NCBI GenBank assembly: GCA_963674825.1
Contig: OY771587.1
Coordinates: 192,001 to 256,000, forward strand
Source: Candidatus Cloacimonadales bacterium
GTDB lineage: Bacteria > Cloacimonadota > Cloacimonadia > Cloacimonadales > JAIOQZ01
Length of the DNA stretch: 64,000 nt
Direction: 5' to 3'
Below the pieces are notes generated by a model, which made no database searches, had not been told where the DNA came from, and saw only the letters and a program-made list of their open reading frames with translations. Shown piece by piece: positions 61,387 through 64,000 of the stretch. A program made the position numbers and the translations under genes. The stretch's first letter is position 1. Every line of letters starts with the position of its first letter.

Positions 61387-61983
61387 ATGCGTAACTATAA
61401 CATATTTAGCCTGATAGAGAGCCGTAAGACCTGGTCTCTATTCATCACACTGCTTACCGCATTGACCATGCTCGGAGCACGACAGGTTCCGTCCCTCTTC
61501 TCCGATCATAAAAGCTTTAACGTCGGCGACGTTATCACCATTATCATCGAAGAAAGCACCTCTGCCGAAGCCGCGGCCGGTACAGATACCGATGTGAGCG
61601 CTGGCTTGGATTTCTCCGTATCTGGTACCGGATTCATGGACAAAATGTATCCTGGCGGATATGGCGCATCTCTGGGTGGAAGCAGCGCAGGTGATGGTAA
61701 AACCAGCCGAAGCGGCAAGATCGAAAGTAAGATGACCGCTAAGATTATCGATATTGACGACATGGGTAACCTGGTCATCAAAGGAAGCAGAACCGTCGAG
61801 ATCAACGGCGAAAAGGAGATTACGGAATTGCAGGGCGTGGTTCGCCCCGAAGACGTGAAGTCCGATAACTCGGTCTATTCGTACAGCATCGCCGACGCGA
61901 AAATCAAATACGACGGAAAAGGCGCGATCAACGAAACCGCGAAGGTGGGGATTCTCAGTCGCATTATCAACTGGCTGTTCTGA
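61387..61983 (+). CDS. flgH: Flagellar L-ring protein FlgH
   Basis: SLFSD.K...VGD.ITI.I.E, GNLVIKG, G.VRPED...DN.V.S..IADA.I.Y.G.G. Confidence 0.92.
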   Translation: MRNYNIFSLIESRKTWSLFITLLTALTMLGARQVPSLFSDHKSFNVGDVITIIIEESTSAEAAAGTDTDVSAGLDFSVSGTGFMDKMYPGGYGASLGGSSAGDGKTSRSGKIESKMTAKIIDIDDMGNLVIKGSRTVEINGEKEITELQGVVRPEDVKSDNSVYSYSIADAKIKYDGKGAINETAKVGILSRIINWLF

Positions 61984-62007
61984 TCCAGTTGCAATTTTTT
62001 ATCTTCT

Positions 62008-62037
62008 GAAAGGGCAATCCACAGCGATTGCCCTTTT
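62008..62037 (+). terminator. Terminator after flgH
   Basis: AAGGGCAATC-CACAGC-GATTGCCCTTTT. Confidence 0.75.
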
Positions 62038-62165
62038 CTATGCCTTAGACTTCATATATATAATAGATCGCATACCATTGACACACCGAGTCTTACCTCA
62101 TTCAAATCGTCTCCCCCGAAAATTTTTTCCAAAATCTATTTGCCAAATAGCACATCGTAATTTAT

Positions 62166-62192
62166 CCTATTTAGGAATGATTACTAAATAGG
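62166..62192. promoter_or_regulatory. Per/Fur-box-like palindrome
   Basis: CCTATTTAG-gAATgATTa-CTAAATAGG, 10 nt before the Fur-family gene. Confidence 0.65.
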
Positions 62193-62202
62193 ATGGTCGC
62201 AG

Positions 62203-62667
62203 ATGAAAAGGAATGACGAAACATACATGAGCCAGATGATGGAGATGCTGCAAGAAAAGCTCCGCGACGCGGGTATCAAAGTAACGCATCAGCGCATGGA
62301 GATTTTCAAAGAAGTGCTGAAATCCTACGACCATCCGGACGCTGAGATGGTTTACAAGAAAGTTCGGCAGAAATTGCCAACCGTATCGCTGGATACTGTC
62401 TATCGTACCCTGTGGATGTTGGTCAACATGGGGATTCTGCAATCGTTGGGAAATTCACGTGAAAAAACCAGATTCGATGCGAACCTTGATAGCCACCACC
62501 ACTTCACCTGCAGAGAATGCGGGAATGTTTTCGACTTCCATAACCGTGAACTGAACTGCCTGAACATCCCACAAGATTTGCCTGAAATCGGAAAAGTTGA
62601 ACAGATTACCATCGAAGTCCGGGGCATCTGTGACCAGTGTATAGAATTACAAAGCACAAACAAATAA
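62203..62667 (+). CDS. Fur-family regulator, PerR-like
   Basis: T.QR, HP.AE, TVYRTL, HHHFTCRECG, CDQC; adjacent to a peroxiredoxin. Confidence 0.88.
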   Translation: MKRNDETYMSQMMEMLQEKLRDAGIKVTHQRMEIFKEVLKSYDHPDAEMVYKKVRQKLPTVSLDTVYRTLWMLVNMGILQSLGNSREKTRFDANLDSHHHFTCRECGNVFDFHNRELNCLNIPQDLPEIGKVEQITIEVRGICDQCIELQSTNK

Positions 62668-62685
62668 CAAATAAGGAGAACCTAA

Positions 62686-63366
62686 ATGAACGAAGAAAAC
62701 ACACCAAGAATTCCACTCATCGGAGAGGAAGCACCAGCATTTACAGCTATGACCACACAGGGCGTGATCAATTTCCCGGAAGATTATAAGGGGAAATGGG
62801 TCATCCTTTTCAGCCACCCGGCCGATTTCACACCGGTTTGCACCACAGAATTCATGACATTCGCATCTATGGAAAAGGATTTCGAAACGCTTAATACCAA
62901 GCTGATCGGACTCTCCATCGACAGCCACTACTCCCACATCGCATGGCTCAGAACCATCAAAGAAAAGATTCAGTGGAAAGACATGAAGAACGTCGAAGTG
63001 AAATTCCCGGTCATCGCCGACCTCAAAATGGATGTCGCAAAAGCTTTTGGCATGGTTATGCCCAACGCATCCGACACGCAGGCAGTACGCGCCGTGTTCT
63101 TCATCGATCCCGAATCGAAGATCCGCGCACTGGTCTATTATCCCCTGGCTAACGGCAGGAACTTTGACGAGATCAAGCGCCTGCTCATCGCGATGCAAAC
63201 TTCTGACAAGCACGGCGTGGCTACACCCGCAGACTGGCGCCCCGGCGACAAAGTCATCATCCCGCCGCCCGGATCATGCGGACAAGCAGCCGAACGTGTT
63301 CAAGGGGCTGGCGAAGAATATGAATGCCTGGATTGGTTTCTCTGCTTCAAGAACCTTGAAGCTTAG
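62686..63366 (+). CDS. Peroxiredoxin (Prx6/TDXH-like)
   Basis: FSHPADFTPVCTTE, GRN.DEI.R, TPADW.PG, C.DWF.C. Confidence 0.95.
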   Translation: MNEENTPRIPLIGEEAPAFTAMTTQGVINFPEDYKGKWVILFSHPADFTPVCTTEFMTFASMEKDFETLNTKLIGLSIDSHYSHIAWLRTIKEKIQWKDMKNVEVKFPVIADLKMDVAKAFGMVMPNASDTQAVRAVFFIDPESKIRALVYYPLANGRNFDEIKRLLIAMQTSDKHGVATPADWRPGDKVIIPPPGSCGQAAERVQGAGEEYECLDWFLCFKNLEA

Positions 63367-63393
63367 TCCATAGAACGTCTCTGCATACTACCG

Positions 63394-63428
63394 AAACGAC
63401 GTCCCCGCCCCGGGACGTCGTTTTTTTT
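63394..63428 (+). terminator. Intrinsic terminator
   Basis: AAACGACGTCCC...GGGACGTCGTTTTTTTT. Confidence 0.88.
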
Positions 63429-63529
63429 GAAATCATCTTTTGATTATAGATTCCTGGGGTTGCCGTGTCGAGCTTTGATACAACCCGACAAGTCGGGTCA
63501 CTCAGCATGACACAGAATACGCATTCTGC

Positions 63530-63598
63530 TGTAGGGGCAGACCACTGTGTCTGCCCTTCTCTTCATGGTATGCAGACGAGGACGTCTGCGTACCCAGG
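63530..63598. repeat. REP-like pair related to the 5.5-kb cluster
   Basis: TGTAGGGGCAGACCACTGTGTCTGCCC, and reverse-strand CCTGGGTACGCAGACGTCCTCGTCTGCA. Confidence 0.75.
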
Positions 63599-63644
63599 CA
63601 GAGAAAGAGATGCAGTCAAGGGTGCTCGTGCTCCTAGGGTTACA

Positions 63645-64000
63645 TCAAATCGTATCCCACAGAATCTTGATGAAAAGCATGACCAGCACTGTGATGAATA
63701 CCGGCCTGATCACCTTGCCGCCCTTCTTCAGAACAAAGCTGGAGCCAACCACATTGCCCAAAATCCCCATAAACACCGCAGGAATACCTACGTAGAACAG
63801 CACCTTGCCCGATATCAGGAACGAGATTAGCGCGGCGACGTTGGATGAGAGATTGACGACCTTTGTATTGGCGTTGGCGGTGATGAAATCGTATTTGAGC
63901 ATGACGGTATAGAACAGAATCAGGAACGAACCTGTTCCGGGGCCGAAGAAGCCGTCGTAGAATCCCACGATGAAGCCGGCCAGTATGGCGAGCTGGATGC
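63645..64000 (-). CDS. TSUP/TauE-SafE family transporter, C-terminal part
   Basis: GFYDGFFGPGTGSF, A.TK..N..SN; runs off the window. Confidence 0.88.
   Translation of the reverse strand, partial: IQLAILAGFIVGFYDGFFGPGTGSFLILFYTVMLKYDFITANANTKVVNLSSNVAALISFLISGKVLFYVGIPAVFMGILGNVVGSSFVLKKGGKVIRPVFITVLVMLFIKILWDTI

Overview
A 64-kb chromosomal window from an anaerobic diderm bacterium, about 50% GC by eye. The many secreted proteins ending in a 'PNPFNP...(Y/F)N(I/V)xGQ.V...SG.Y...K..LLK' C-terminal domain suggest Cloacimonadota or a relative; this is an inference. Housekeeping genes include pyruvate:ferredoxin oxidoreductase, LptD, TsaB, pyrimidine-nucleoside phosphorylase, two Hsp20 genes behind a CIRCE, PerR/Fur with a peroxiredoxin, prepilin peptidase, and a sigma54-type flgF-flgG-flgA-flgH unit. 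Envelope and secreted genes fill much of the rest. The most striking feature is a tightly coupled five-gene minus-strand operon at 37437-42835. It encodes four signal-peptide or lipoprotein ferredoxin-type proteins with 12 four-Cys cluster motifs in total, one of them a 1058-aa lipoprotein with ferredoxin domains at both ends of eight FN3 repeats, followed by an outer-membrane beta-barrel. This is a candidate heme-free porin/Fe-S extracellular electron conduit. Other highlights are a 'MIN' uORF with an SD-sequestering hairpin before an ABC-F gene, a mosaic cassette array of secreted paralogues at 47-52.6 kb, gene-converted tandem FG-GAP genes, and REP-like hairpin families with compensatory changes. 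I saw no rRNA, tRNA, CRISPR array or transposase.
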